A stretch of 64,000 bases of DNA, filler included, from Octopus bimaculoides (GCF_001194135.2; 7 parts of 7 records of this genome joined end to end with filler, not necessarily neighbours in it); one strand, 5' to 3'. Shown: positions 39,761 to 54,162, numbered from the whole stretch's first letter. Notes: generated from the letters alone by a model not told the origin. Made by a program: numbers and translations.

Positions 39761-39860
39761 NNNNNNNNNNNNNNNNNNNNNNNNNNNNNNNNNNNNNNNN
39801 NNNNTTAATTAATTAANNNNNNNNNNNNNNNNNNNNNNNNNNNNNNNNNNNNNNNNNNNN
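39761..39860. other. Artificial assembly linker N44-TTAATTAATTAA-N44
   Basis: Same 100-bp cassette. Confidence 0.97.
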
Positions 39861-39896
<36 letters not shown>

Positions 39897-41916
39897 GATA
39901 TGAATATATGCATATATATGCATGTATGTATATATAATTAAATATATACAAGTATATATGTACATATACTTTTATTTTATTTTTGTCCGAACGTTCTCGT
40001 TAATATATGTAAATATATTCATATATATGTATGTATGTATGTAAACATACATACAGTGAAATATGTGTTTAAATGATTGCATATATATATATACTTATAA
40101 ATATAAGCATGTATATATATGTTCATACATTTATACATACATTTACATATATATGCATATATGTATTTTGATATATGTACTTATATACACATGTATATAT
40201 TTATATGTATATGTAAACATGCATATATATTTATACATACAGACACATATGTGTATATATACATGTATACATGTACATATATATATATATGCTTAATCAT
40301 ATGTATATATATATATACAGGCATATTTATATAGAAAGATACATAAATATGTATATATATATATGTTTTTATATATACACGAACATATATAATTGTTTGA
40401 TAGATAAATAGATATAACATAAAGATTTAATTAAATAAACGTTATTTATTCAATTTAAATCAGCAAATATTTATAAAATATTTATTAAGAATAATAATAT
40501 AAGAAATAATAATAATAAGAATAATAATGATAAAAAAAATTTTTGTTGACCCAAATTTATATATTATATCCATCACCTTTTGAAATTGTTTTGGATTTTT
40601 GTTTTCAAGCAGTCCTCTGAACGTTTGTTTTTTAAAAAAATAATTAGAAAGAGAGAGAGAGAGACAAAAAATTAGTAATAATATTAATAAATGTTCATAT
40701 TTAATATTTTGAACGATTTTAGGCAAGACATTAGTTGAAAAGCTTTCAGCTTATATCTGTTTGAAATAATTTTGTTATAGGAATTTGGAATTCTAACGTT
40801 TATCATTTTGATATTTTGGTCATTTGGCATTTTGGACCAGGCGGGGAGGCCAATTGGCTCTTGACTTTTGATGTTTTTTAAAAAAATTTTCATATGAGGG
40901 GGGTGTTTGAAAGCTTTCAGTCGAGTCACGGGAAGAAGTTTTGAATACGATTACGTATTTTTTGCATTTTTGTTTCAATTCTGTTTTAGCATTTTTAAGC
41001 TTTTCAAAATGTTTTTTATATTTTTTCACAGTTTTTTTTTTACAAAGTTTTATTGTTATTAAAATGTTAGAATTTAAGAGACAAGATTTAGGGGAATTTA
41101 AAAAAAAATTTAAAGCACAAAAAACACGTAAATAAAATAGTAGTTGCAATACTACTATCCATAACAGCGACAACAACAACGTCAACAACAACATCAACAA
41201 CGGTGACAGAAACAACACCACCACCAACAACAACAACAATGGCAACAATAATGACTTCAGTATTGACCAAAAGAGTACTTAGTTATATAGACACCAGTAC
41301 ATGACTGGTACCTTATTTTGATCGACCCTGGATGGATAAAAGACAAAGCTGACCTCGGCAGGATTTGAACTCATAACGTGATGGCATTAAAAAGTAACTT
41401 TTAGTCCTTTGCTCTTTTCCATGTCCTTAATGATAGTGATTCTCAAATTCTTGGGTATAGGGTCAGCAGTTCTTGAGGACGGGGAATCGATTACATCGAC
41501 CCCAGAACCTGACTGTTGCTTATTTATCGACCTCAAAAAAAAAAAATGAAAGGTAATGTCGGTCGAGGTGGAATTTGAACTCAGAACGAGATAGGACTTT
41601 ACTAAGATATTTGTTTTACCTCTGTACTAAACCATCTTTGCCCTTACTAATATTGATTTCGGTTTTAGATTTAAAAGCAAGAATTTTGAGGGGAGGGGTC
41701 CTAGTCGACGAAATCGGCATCAGCACTTGACTAGTGCGTTGTTATATCGAACCAAGGAGAATGAGAAGCAAAGTTGACCTCGGCTGGCATTGAACCCAAA
41801 GAATCGGAACAAATATCATAAAGCAGTTTTTCTGAAGCTCTAACCATTTTGTCAGTTCGCTATGGCCTTTTTCTCTCACGATTTACAATTTCTGAGGCAC
41901 AAAACCAAAATTAGCT

Positions 41917-41952
<36 letters not shown>

Positions 41953-42159
41953 AGTCATTATATATCGGCCTCAGTATATTTTTTCCCCTAAGTGGTTGAA
42001 AGTCGACTATGTCGGGGTTCGAACTCAAAACGTGGCATACATCTTCTATATTCCATCCACAAGAGTGAAAAGCATATTACAGATTGGATCGAACGCTCGA
42101 GTTCTTGAGCGGTACAATATTTCTTGAACATTAGATGGATGTAATGTGAAAAGAACAAA

Positions 42160-42540
42160 TCTCAGGTGAATTTGAAGCCGGAATGCAGAGGGGAAACACA
42201 AAAGTGGAAGAAACAAAGAAAATGCAATCCCTTAAAATTTGAAATAGGAAGAATCTGGAGCATGCGAACAGTAAAGATTGCGCCTATAATAATTGGTGTG
42301 TTGGAAACAGTAAGCAAAGATATAGACAAATGACTGAAGGACATTGAAATAGAATGCCCGGTAGAGCTCCTCCAGAAAGTTTGTCTCTTAGGGACAGCAA
42401 AAATCATCATGAGGGTTCTAAGTACTTGAAAGACTGCTGAAAACTAGTGGACACCTAAAGCTACAGGTAGTAACCCGCTATCCACATAAATCCTGCCAGG
42501 AATAAGACCGAACCTGAGCCAAACCAAAATAATAATAGTT
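42160..42540 (+). mobile_element. R4/Dong-like RLE LINE 3' end with (TAA)n tail
   Basis: LKFEIGRIWSMRTVKIAPIIIGVLETV...ELLQKVCLLGTAKIIMRVL*, followed by a UTR and aataataata. Confidence 0.7.
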
Positions 42541-43190
42541 TGTTTTTGTAGATACAAGGCCAGAAAATTGCGGCGTGAATCAACACTATCACGTTACTGT
42601 TATTTTAATTTTTTTATTAACTAAAATAACGAGAAGTACAATATTTTTCAATCTTCAGTAACGGTGAATAACTCGTTTTCAGGATCTGTGTATTATTGTT
42701 ATTTACTTATGATATTTAAGGCGCTGGGAAAGTTACTGCAAATTGTATGAAGTTGATGGTAAAAGTTTAAATGTGTCAAAGGAAGATAAACGCCTATTAT
42801 TAAGAAAGGGAAAATAGGGGTGAAGAAAGAAAAAGATGAAGTAATGAAGAAAGGAAAAGTAAATAAAGAGCAGAAAAAGTCTGAGATGAAGCACCGCCGA
42901 GTAGTCTATGTATGTATACAGATGGAGGCTGTATTTCCTAGTTAGCATAAAAGGGGCTTTTCAAAGTGAGTGCACTTCACGAATACCTCTAATCTAGTTT
43001 TCTGGTGATTTTCAAAATATTTCTCATTAAAAAAAAAACGTTCATTGCGTAGATAAACAGACTAAAAACTGAGACCGCAAAACCAATGTTACCTCGAGCT
43101 GCTTTGTAAATGAAAATAAACTACTCTATATCTCTGTACTAGCATGAAATATTTTCTGGCATTTTCGATATCTATCAGGCATCATACGTT

Positions 43191-43221
<31 letters not shown>

Positions 43222-43232
43222 CATATACATAC

Positions 43233-43265
<33 letters not shown>

Positions 43266-44988
43266 NNNNNNNNNNNNNNNNNNNNNNNNNNNNNNNNNNN
43301 NNNNNNNNNNNNNNNNNNNNNNNNNNNNNNNNNNNNNNNNNNNNNNNNNNNNNNNNNNNNNNNNNNNNNNNNNNNNNNNNNNNNNNNNNNNNNNNNNNNN
43401 NNNNNNNNNNNNNNNNNNNNNNNNNNNNNNNNNNNNNNNNNNNNNNNNNNNNNNNNNNNNNNNNNNNNNNNNNNNNNNNNNNNNNNNNNNNNNNNNNNNN
43501 NNNNNNNNNNNNNNNNNNNNNNNNNNNNNNNNNNNNNNNNNNNNNNNNNNNNNNNNNNNNNNNNNNNNNNNNNNNNNNNNNNNNNNNNNNNNNNNNNNNN
43601 NNNNNNNNNNNNNNNNNNNNNNNNNNNNNNNNNNNNNNNNNNNNNNNNNNNNNNNNNNNNNNNNNNNNNNNNNNNNNNNNNNNNNNNNNNNNNNNNNNNN
43701 NNNNNNNNNNNNNNNNNNNNNNNNNNNNNNNNNNNNNNNNNNNNNNNNNNNNNNNNNNNNNNNNNNNNNNNNNNNNNNNNNNNNNNNNNNNNNNNNNNNN
43801 NNNNNNNNNNNNNNNNNNNNNNNNNNNNNNNNNNNNNNNNNNNNNNNNNNNNNNNNNNNNNNTATATATATATACACGTGTATCAACAGTTTACAGTTAA
43901 ATCCATTTCGCACTAGCAACACCTTAAGCACTCTTTTTTTTCTATTCCAACTGACATATATGTTTAAAAGACAAAGTGTCTCCAAGTGATGACTGCTCTA
44001 ACTACTAGAAATAACAACCACATCACCGTCAAATCACTCACTGCTATCTTTGAACCCCACCCACCAAAAACATACAAGAAAACGAAATATTCAGATAATG
44101 TGGTTGTAGAGGTACAATGTGTGAGATGACTAAGCACTAGATAGGCGCGGTTGGAACGCGTTTGATCTTAGGCCTGCTCAGTCAGAACCGTCCTGGAGTT
44201 AAAAAAAAATAGCAACTACATAACTACAACTTCCACAGCTACGGTCTCTCTCTTCCTCTCTCTCTCTTCCTCTTCTGTCTCTTTTCCTCTCTCTCTCTCC
44301 CCCCTCTCCCCCCTCNNNNNNNNNNNNNNNNNNNNNNNNNNNNNNNNNNNNNNNNNNNNNNNNNNNNNNNNNNNNNNNNNNNNNNNNNNNNNNNNNNNNN
44401 NNNNNNNNNNNNNNNNNNNNNNNNNNNNNNNNNNNNNNNNNNNNNNNNNNNNNNNNNNNNNNNNNNNNNNNNNNNNNNNNNNNNNNNNNNNNNNNNNNNN
44501 NNNNNNNNNNNNNNNNNNNNNNNNNNNNNNNNNNNNNNNNNNNNNNNNNNNNNNNNNNNNNNNNNNNNNNNNNNNNNNNNNNNNNNNNNNNNNNNNNNNN
44601 NNNNNNNNNNNNNNNNNNNNNNNNNNNNNNNNNNNNNNNNNNNNNNNNNNNNNNNNNNNNNNNNNNNNNNNNNNNNNNNNNNNNNNNNNNNNNNNNNNNN
44701 NNNNNNNNNNNNNNNNNNNNNNNNNNNNNNNNNNNNNNNNNNNNNNNNNNNNNNNNNNNNNNNNNNNNNNNNNNNNNNNNNNNNNNNNNNNNNNNNNNNN
44801 NNNNNNNNNNNNNNNNNNNNNNNNNNNNNNNNNNNNNNNNNNNNNNNNNNNNNNNNNNNNNNNNNNNNNNNNNNNNNNNNNNNNNNNNNNNNNNNNNNNN
44901 NNNNNNNNNNNNNNNNNNNNNNNNNNNNNNNNNNNNNNNNNNNNNNNNNNNNNNNNNNNNNNNNNNNNNNNNNNNNNNNNNNNNNNNN

Positions 44989-45020
<32 letters not shown>

Positions 45021-45514
45021 GTTGCTCCGCTCTGTCTTTCTCTCTCTGTCGACTCCAGTTCGCGCTCTGTGATTCACTCAAGCGAAATTATTTCTTCTGA
45101 TTTTTAATTAGAAATTAATTCAAATTTATTTTCAGATGTTTCATTTTATATCAAATTGAATTAGTCTTTTGATTTTTGTGTCTGTTTTATCATGCTTACA
45201 AACGGCACGCACATACATGCATACATACATACATGTATACATACATACATACAAACATACATACAAACATACATACAAACATACATACATGTATACATAC
45301 ATACAAACATATAAACACATATACACAAACACACAAATGCCTACCCAATCACACACACATACACATACACACACACGTACACATACACACGCCCACATAC
45401 ACACACACACACACATTCTCGGCCCGTTATACGTATACACACGCGAACACACTGTTACGAATATGTGCATATATACATAAACACATAGAACTACACTTGT
45501 ATCATCTACACTGG

Positions 45515-45562
<48 letters not shown>

Positions 45563-45834
45563 TATAATAATAATACTGAATAATAATGCTATATATATGT
45601 GTGTATGATATCTATTTACATATATGTATATATATATTAATATACACACATATATATATATATGTTAGCTATAAATACACGCATATAAACAAATGTATTC
45701 GTTGCCAGCATATATCGTAGACGTGTATTTGTACACATAGATGCACACATATACATAACAACCTTAAGAACTCGTTACTCTCGATCCCTCTATGAAAACA
45801 AATGCACACAAATACGTAACCCCCATCCACAAGA

Positions 45835-45889
<55 letters not shown>

Positions 45890-46694
45890 AACATACATAC
45901 ATTATAAAAACACGTACGCATATACATATACACAGACACACATACACAGGCATATATATACGTATAGGCACACACANNNNNNNNNNNNNNNNNNNNNNNN
46001 NNNNNNNNNNNNNNNNNNNNNNNNNNNNNNNNNNNNNNNNNNNNNNNNNNNNNNNNNNNNNNNNNNNNNNNNNNNNNNNNNNNNNNNNNNNNNNNNNNNN
46101 NNNNNNNNNNNNNNNNNNNNNNNNNNNNNNNNNNNNNNNNNNNNNNNNNNNNNNNNNNNNNNNNNNNNNNNNNNNNNNNNNNNNNNNNNNNNNNNNNNNN
46201 NNNNNNNNNNNNNNNNNNNNNNNNNNNNNNNNNNNNNNNNNNNNNNNNNNNNNNNNNNNNNNNNNNNNNNNNNNNNNNNNNNNNNNNNNNNNNNNNNNNN
46301 NNNNNNNNNNNNNNNNNNNNNNNNNNNNNNNNNNNNNNNNNNNNNNNNNNNNNNNNNNNNNNNNNNNNNNNNNNNNNNNNNNNNNNNNNNNNNNNNNNNN
46401 NNNNNNNNNNNNNNNNNNNNNNNNNNNNNNNNNNNNNNNNNNNNNNNNNNNNNNNNNNNNNNNNNNNNNNNNNNNNNNNNNNNNNNNNNNNNNNNNNNNN
46501 NNNNNNNNNNNNNNNNNNNNNNNNNNNNNNNNNNNNNNNNNNNNNNNNNNNNNNNNNNNNNNNNNNNNNNNNNNNNNNNNNNNNNNNNNNNNNNNNNNNN
46601 NNNNNNNNNNNNNNNNNNNNNNNNNNNNNNNNNNNNNNNNNNNNNNNNNNNNNNNNNNNNNNNNNNNNNNNNNNNNNNNNNNNNNNNNNNNNNN

Positions 46695-47005
46695 CGTTGT
46701 GAGTGTTTATTGAGCGAAAACACCTAAAAGCTCCACGAGGCTCCGGCAGGGGTTGGTGGCGAACCCTGTTGTACTCATCCACCACAACTTTCTCTCACTC
46801 TTTCTTCCTGTTTCTGTTGTACCTGTAATTCAAAGGGGTCAGCCTCGTCACACTGTGTCACGCTGAATATCCCCGAGAACTACGTTAAGGGTACACGTGT
46901 CTGTGGAGTGCTCAGCCACTTGCACGTTAATTTCACGAGCAAGCTGTTCCGTTGATCGGATCAACTGGAACCCTCGACGTTGTAAGCGACGGAGTGCCAA
47001 CAACA
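46695..47005 (+). mobile_element. SINE-like family D, 5' end in gap
   Basis: High-identity reverse-complement match to 39425-39750; simple-repeat tail after GGAGTGCC. Confidence 0.75.
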
Positions 47006-47492
47006 GCAATTTGGTTAAGTAAGAATTTCGCTGTGCGGAACTTTGAGTAAATGTCTTCTGCTATAGCTCTGAACCGACTCATGTCTTATTAGTGGATGTG
47101 ATACATGGAAACTGTGTGGAAGCCTGTCGTGGGTATAACTAACTATCTATCTGCCTGTCTGTCTATACATACGCAGACATATATATACACTACGTAGATT
47201 TGCGTCGGACGAATGAGAATGCTCAATATATGTTGTAGAGAAAACAGCTTTTTAAAAAATTCAAACTGAAAGAGAGATTTTCTCACGATTTGAATTTCCG
47301 CTTTGGTAAATATATGTCAGTCTATCCATCTATCTGTCTATCTATCTGTCTGTTTGTCTGTATGTATGTCTGTCTGCCTGTCTGTCTGTCTGCCTGTCTG
47401 TCTGTCTGCCTGTCTGTCTGTCTGCGTCAGTTTGTCTGTCTATGTATGTATGAATGTATCTGTCTGTCTACCTGTCTATCTATCTATCTATC

Positions 47493-47537
<45 letters not shown>

Positions 47538-47546
47538 GTCTGTCTA

Positions 47547-47577
<31 letters not shown>

Positions 47578-47658
47578 TCTAGCTATCGATCATCTCTATT
47601 TATATGTGTGTTTACATGCTTATATAGCACATGCATATATATATACTCAAGTACGTGT

Positions 47659-47710
<52 letters not shown>

Positions 47711-49196
47711 CACACACACATACACACACGCGCGCATATACATACTCATACACATATATGTACATAACGTCCGTAGTTCTCGGCTCCGCAGAAACCTTCG
47801 TCTTACTAAAACATATAATATTACCTTGCCTCTGGACTCACAGCTTTTGCATTCCCGTCGCCATTTCTGTTACAAATTTTCTGCAAATTGTATTAGCATT
47901 ATTCTGCTTTGTCTTTGAAGTTCTTCTCCTTCTCATCTCATAAACAACAATGCTAGATTCACTAACCTATTGTTGCTTAGATGATACGCAAAAAGAAAAG
48001 GTACTATTTTATACAGGTCACCAAACTATGATAGCTCGTCTAGTTAACAAACTTCTTAAAATGAGGCAGGTCTTAGTTCTTTCGTTCCAGGTCAACCATG
48101 ATTAAATGCTTCATAGAGTCGAATCTGTTACAATTGCGGTCGACCATAATGCCGAATTTCAGTATATTTATGATTACATTATCTAAAATTATCCATTTAT
48201 TTCTAGGGGTTAACATATTGCTATTTGAGGATTTTTGTGGTCGCTATCTTTACCTTTCACATTCCACTTGTTTCAGCCTTTGGAACTCTGGTCATTCTGT
48301 GTCACCGACTTGCAGTGTTTAGATCGAATAAATCTATCCTGCTACTTAAATTTTAACTCTTGTACGTATTCTACCGAACATCTTTGCCGATCCGCTAAGT
48401 TACGAGGACGTAAACCAACTAACACCGGCTGTGAAGCAGTATTGAGGACAAACACAAAGGCACTTCCCACACGACTAAATTTACTTACAAGACATTGGTC
48501 TGCCCGGGGTCATAGTTGAATAAATGGCAAAGCCAGCTTCTTAAACACACGGCCACACCAGTGGCATATCTTTTACAAACTGCTATAAGTTGTGCGATAT
48601 TGGTCTCTCATAAACCAAAATGGCAAGGGTCAGTATGTGTATCACGTATATATATATATATATATNNNNNNNNNNNNNNNNNNNNNNNNNNNNNNNNNNN
48701 NNNNNNNNNNNNNNNNNNNNNNNNNNNNNNNNNNNNNNNNNNNNNNNNNNNNNNNNNNNNNNNNNNNNNNNNNNNNNNNNNNNNNNNNNNNNNNNNNNNN
48801 NNNNNNNNNNNNNNNNNNNNNNNNNNNNNNNNNNNNNNNNNNNNNNNNNNNNNNNNNNNNNNNNNNNNNNNNNNNNNNNNNNNNNNNNNNNNNNNNNNNN
48901 NNNNNNNNNNNNNNNNNNNNNNNNNNNNNNNNNNNNNNNNNNNNNNNNNNNNNNNNNNNNNNNNNNNNNNNNNNNNNNNNNNNNNNNNNNNNNNNNNNNN
49001 NNNNNNNNNNNNNNNNNNNNNNNNNNNNNNNNNNNNNNNNNNNNNNNNNNNNNNNNNNNNNNNNNNNNNNNNNNNNNNNNNNNNNNNNNNNNNNNNNNNN
49101 NNNNNNNNNNNNNNNNNNNNNNNNNNNNNNNNNNNNNNNNNNNNNNNNNNNNNNNNNNNNNNNNNNNNNNNNNNNNNNNNNNNNNNNNNNNNNNNN

Positions 49197-49236
<40 letters not shown>

Positions 49237-49453
49237 AGAAGAGGGAAATAATGTCCTGGCAGATACCAAATTTCTCTATGTAAAATACCAAGGCTGGTTC
49301 CTTCAGATGGTAAATTTCCTTTAACTCCCATCCTGGTTACTTTAGAGCGTAAAGTACAATATTGATGATAAGGAGAATGAAGAATATGAACATTCAAACT
49401 TTCTATTTATTTATAGTTGGCTTATTGATAATAATTGTCCGACAAGTGTCTCG

Positions 49454-49613
49454 GTCATATTTATACACCCTGAACAGATCGTACCAATAATTCATAAGTC
49501 GCTGCATATAAATATGCAACAATATGCAATTAATGCATTGCATTGTGTTGCATATTTATATGCAGTGATTTATGCATTATTAGTAGGATCTTTTCAGGGT
49601 GTATAAATATGAC
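49454..49613. repeat. 160-bp near-perfect palindrome (77-bp arms, 6-nt loop)
   Basis: Arms 49454-49530 and 49537-49613 differ at 8 positions by manual alignment. Confidence 0.9.
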
Positions 49614-49660
49614 ATTGATCGAAGAGGAATTTTCCCCGTTATTAGTTTGAATTAGGCTTG

Positions 49661-49707
<47 letters not shown>

Positions 49708-49766
49708 TGTGCTAGTAGTAGTAGTAGTAATAATAGTAGTAGTAGTAGTAGTAGTTGTACTAGTAA

Positions 49767-49801
<35 letters not shown>

Positions 49802-49871
49802 AACCATGACGTTCATCGATGAGCTGTTTTAAATGTTCAAATTCTTCAATCTCCTTATTATCAAAATTGTA

Positions 49872-49934
<63 letters not shown>

Positions 49935-50084
49935 AAACGAAGCATTGACACAAAGCAGTGTTCAGGTATAAGCACAATTTAGGTTATTTGAAATATGTTT
50001 GTCACAATTCAACTGCTAAAGGCAAATGCAGTTGACGTGGAGTTTATATATATATATATATATATATATGTGAGTATATATCCT

Positions 50085-50480
50085 TATATTCTTTTACTTG
50101 TTTCAGTCTTTTGACTGCGGCCATGCTGGAGCACCGCCTTTAGTCGAACAAATCGACCCCAGGACTTATTCTTTGTAAGCGTAGTACTTATTCTATCGGG
50201 CTCTTGTGACGAACCACTAGATTAAGGGGACGTAAACGCACCAACATCGGTTGTCAAGCGATGGTGGGGAGACAAACAAGACACACAAACACACACACAT
50301 ACACATACACACACACATATATATATACACGACAGGATTCTTTCAGTTTCCATCTACCAAATCCCCCTCAAGGCTCCCAGTCCCCCTTCCCCGGGGGCTA
50401 TGGTAGAAGGCACTTGATCAAGGTGTCACACAACGGGACTGAACCCAGAACCACGTGGTTGGGAGGCAAGCTATCTTTTA
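50085..50480 (-). mobile_element. SINE family A
   Basis: Reverse alignment to 35886-36275 with CpGs retained. Similar copies at 32480-32680, 33480-33660 and 48230-48580. Confidence 0.8.
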
Positions 50481-51164
50481 CTTCTTTCAGTCATTAGACT
50501 GAGGCTATGCACACACATATATGTATAACAAATATACGCGCACGTACATATACTCACATTCATACACACAGACATATACAAGTGGACATACACAGACACA
50601 CATACACGCACGCACGTGCAGACACATGCACACACAGACACACACACACGGAAACACACACACACACACCACACAAACATACACCCATGATATTCAGAAC
50701 TGTAATTACAGAAAATTTAAGTCGTATAAATTTTACAAGTCAGCCATCTTTCTACACCACAGACAATAAACTTACGTCTTCACACACATTGCTGTATCGA
50801 CAATATACGATGTTTATGCAAGTGTATATATTTTAGCGTGTCTATTTGTTTATACTAGAGTCTTAACGCTAGTGTGTGTTTATGTTTTTTTCTTCGTATT
50901 TCCATTCATAAAATATCTCACGTTCTCAATTCATCTCCTAACTTATATTGTTTTTTCTACCTTCACCATTATTAACGGTTGTAAATCTATCAACGCTGGC
51001 TCTGAATTGGCTTGCAAGATCGTTAGCTCTGTTTTGTTTTGACGTGTGGCCGCCATTTTAACTGACTTCATTCATATTTCATTATCGCTTCTTTCTAACT
51101 TTATATTCTTAAAAGTGTTAACGAAATTGCGTGACCATCCCGCAAATGTCACTTTTTAAAATCT

Positions 51165-52050
51165 TTTATCTTTTACTTGTTTCAGTCATTAGACTGTGGC
51201 CATGCTGGGGCACCGACTTGAAGAATTTTTAGTCGAATGAGTAGATCCCAAAACTTTTTATTTTTTTAAAGCCTGGTACTTATTCTATGGATCTTTGCCG
51301 AATTGCTAAGTCAAAGGGACGCAAATACACCAACACAAGCTGTCAAACGGAGGTGGAGACAAACACAGACACAAAGACACACACATACACATACTCGCAC
51401 ACACAGACACACACATACATACGACGGTCTTCTTTCAGTTTCCGTCTACCAAATACACTCACAAAGCTTTGGTTGATCCAGAGATTTAGCAGAAGACACT
51501 CGCCGAAGGTGCCGCCCAGCGGGACTGAACCCGGTGCCATGTGGTTGCTACTTATCACACAGCCACTCCTGATGTACGACAGGCTTCTTCCACTCATAAA
51601 GGTTTGGGCTACTCGAGGCTGAAGTAGAAGATACTTGTCTAAGGTGGAACAAAACACGGAACCATGTGGTTGGGAATCAAACTTGCTTCAACAGGGAGCA
51701 CCACATTAAGGGATTATTTTTAGTCGAAGAATTCGATCTCAGGACTTATTCTTTGTAAGCCAAGTATATATTTATCGTTTTTTTTGCCGAACCGTTAGTT
51801 ACGGGGACGTAAACACACCAACATCGGTTGTCAAGTGATGGTGGGGTAACAAACATAGACAAAAAGACACATGCATAAATATATACATATACGACGGGCT
51901 TCTTTCAGTTTCCGTCTACGAAATACACTCAAGGCTTTATTCGGCCCTAGGCTATATTAAGAAGGAACTTACCCAAAGTGCTATCTAGTGGGACAGAACC
52001 CGGAACCATGTGGTTAGGAAGCAAGTTTCTAACCGCACAGCCACGCCTGC
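51165..52050 (-). mobile_element. Cluster of tandem SINE family A copies
   Basis: Two near-complete copies (about 51165-51570 and 51715-52050) with a head fragment between them. Confidence 0.8.
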
Positions 52051-52334
52051 AGGCACACACACACACACACACGTGTACAAGATGCATACATACACACGTA
52101 TGTGTATGTATCTATATTTGAACATACGCAAATTTACACACACACACACGCGCATGCACACGTACGTATGTGGAAAATTGCGCACGTATAAAACATTATG
52201 CCAGCATTCTCTCGTTACCTTACTTAAGTCACATGACAAAACAACGTGGTTTTCGAGCTGAGATTGTCGTTTTAAGTTTTAACATTTTTATGTACTCAAT
52301 AATCCTAGATAAAAAAAAAAAAAAAAAAAAAAAA

Positions 52335-52434
52335 NNNNNNNNNNNNNNNNNNNNNNNNNNNNNNNNNNNNNNNNNNNNTTAATTAATTAANNNNNNNNNN
52401 NNNNNNNNNNNNNNNNNNNNNNNNNNNNNNNNNN
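52335..52434. other. Artificial assembly linker N44-TTAATTAATTAA-N44
   Basis: Same 100-bp cassette. Confidence 0.97.
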
Positions 52435-52454
52435 TATATATATATATATATTCT

Positions 52455-52680
52455 TTCTTGTTCTTTTACTAGTTTCAGTCAATTGACTGCGTCCATGCTG
52501 GAGCACCACCTTTTAGTCGAGCAAATCGACCCCAGGACTTTGTAAGCCTAGCATTTATTCTATCGGTATCTTTTGCCGAACCGCTAAGTTACGGGGACGT
52601 AAATATACCAGCATCGGTTGTCAAGCGATGTTGGGGGGACAAACGCAGACACACAAGCATATACACACACATTCATATAT
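52455..52680 (-). mobile_element. SINE family A, 3' half
   Basis: Matches the tail of 35886-36275 in reverse. Confidence 0.8.
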
Positions 52681-53098
52681 ATATATCACCCCCCCATCCT
52701 CATCCCAAACCCACACCCATTGTATGAGTTGGTAAGGAAACACAGAAGACTGTTCCTCGAAACACAATTGCGGCAGTTCAAGACGTAGCAACTAAAGACG
52801 ATCATCTATTGCAGTGTGAGGTTTGTATGACAAAGAAGATAGTAAAAACATGTCACGTGTTTCAGAAAGTTGTAGTTTATGGTTTGTAAAAGAAATTCAC
52901 AGACAGATTTCTGCGCTGGAAAATACACGTGAAAGATGACTTGCTCAATAGGATTTGATTTCAGACCAGTGTATCTTACCAGTCATCTATAATAATAATG
53001 TTCGACAGTTATGTTAGATCCTTGGTTACTACTATGAACTTTAAACATGTTAGAGAACAGGCATGATTTAGAGAACCAAGGAACACAACACACACACG

Positions 53099-53187
<89 letters not shown>

Positions 53188-53370
53188 CACAAACGCACAC
53201 ACTCACACACACGCACGCACACACACACACATGATTGATCCTCCTGTCGAAGACGACGTATGAATGTTCAGTTTTTCCCGAACAACCTGCGCGAATGATT
53301 TGTTTACAGCGATCAAATGTATGTACTGTCCACTAGCTCACTCACTCAATAAAATCGACATTCTCTTTAC

Positions 53371-53650
53371 ATATTAATGATTTGTAGGGACACGGTATTT
53401 CGTTATGCAACAATAAAAAGTATATTAAACTATTTTATAAGTCAATACCGTGTACTACTGTGTCAGCAATGCTCTTAAGTCACATGTTAAGGCTATCTCT
53501 ATAGATTTTCCATAGAAATAATAGTATATCATAGAAATTGTAGTATATCATAGAAATTGTAGTATATCATAGAAATTGTAGTATATCATAGAAATTCTAG
53601 TATATCATGGCTGCATAACGAAATGCCATGTCTCTACAAGTCATTAATAT
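53371..53650. repeat. 41-bp inverted repeat enclosing a 19-bp tandem array
   Basis: Arms 53371-53411 and 53610-53650 have 5 mismatches; about 4.5 copies of TAGTATATCATAGAAATTG from 53522. Confidence 0.85.
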
Positions 53651-54162
53651 TTAAGTACCAGCTTCCAGGGATGTCTTTAATATGTAAATTTAATATGTAA
53701 ATAACGTTACACTACTATATGTAGTGGCTATTTAAGAAATGAGATCGTGGAGCATTAATGAATTAGATGGTTGATGAAGGAGAAAAAACTTCCGAAAAAT
53801 GGCATATACGCCCATTACCCATTTTCTTATTTTCGATCGCATTGTTTGTTTACATTTGGCGTCTTGGATACGAAACGTCGTAAGAAAGTCACTGCTGGCT
53901 ATAATTTCTATGGAAAATCTGTAGAGATGAACTTGTCTGTACAGGTGCACAATCGTACCACAAGGAGGCTGATGTTAAAATGATAGTAAAACAACATGAA
54001 ATGAAGTGTTTTGCTCAAGGACACAAAAAATCACACGAGTAAAAAGCTTTTAACTCCTTGTTTTTAAAGGTAGAAACTCCGGGTTTACATGAAATATTTT
54101 GTATAATATAAATAAATAAATAAATAAATGGAGTTAAACGCAGGTGTTATTCAAATTCTTTT

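Noticed and set aside
43144-49397. 200-330 aa ORFs dominated by X (also at 14744, 18666, 34118)
   Set aside because: Open only because they run through N gaps.
52740-52900. Cys-spaced peptide QCEVCMTKKIVKTCHV, reminiscent of a piggyBac C-terminus
   Set aside because: Too short and frameshifted; no TIR or TTAA support.
53522-53608. 19-bp (and 15-bp at 7517) direct repeats as a CRISPR-like array
   Set aside because: Head-to-tail tandem units with no spacers, in eukaryotic DNA with no cas genes.
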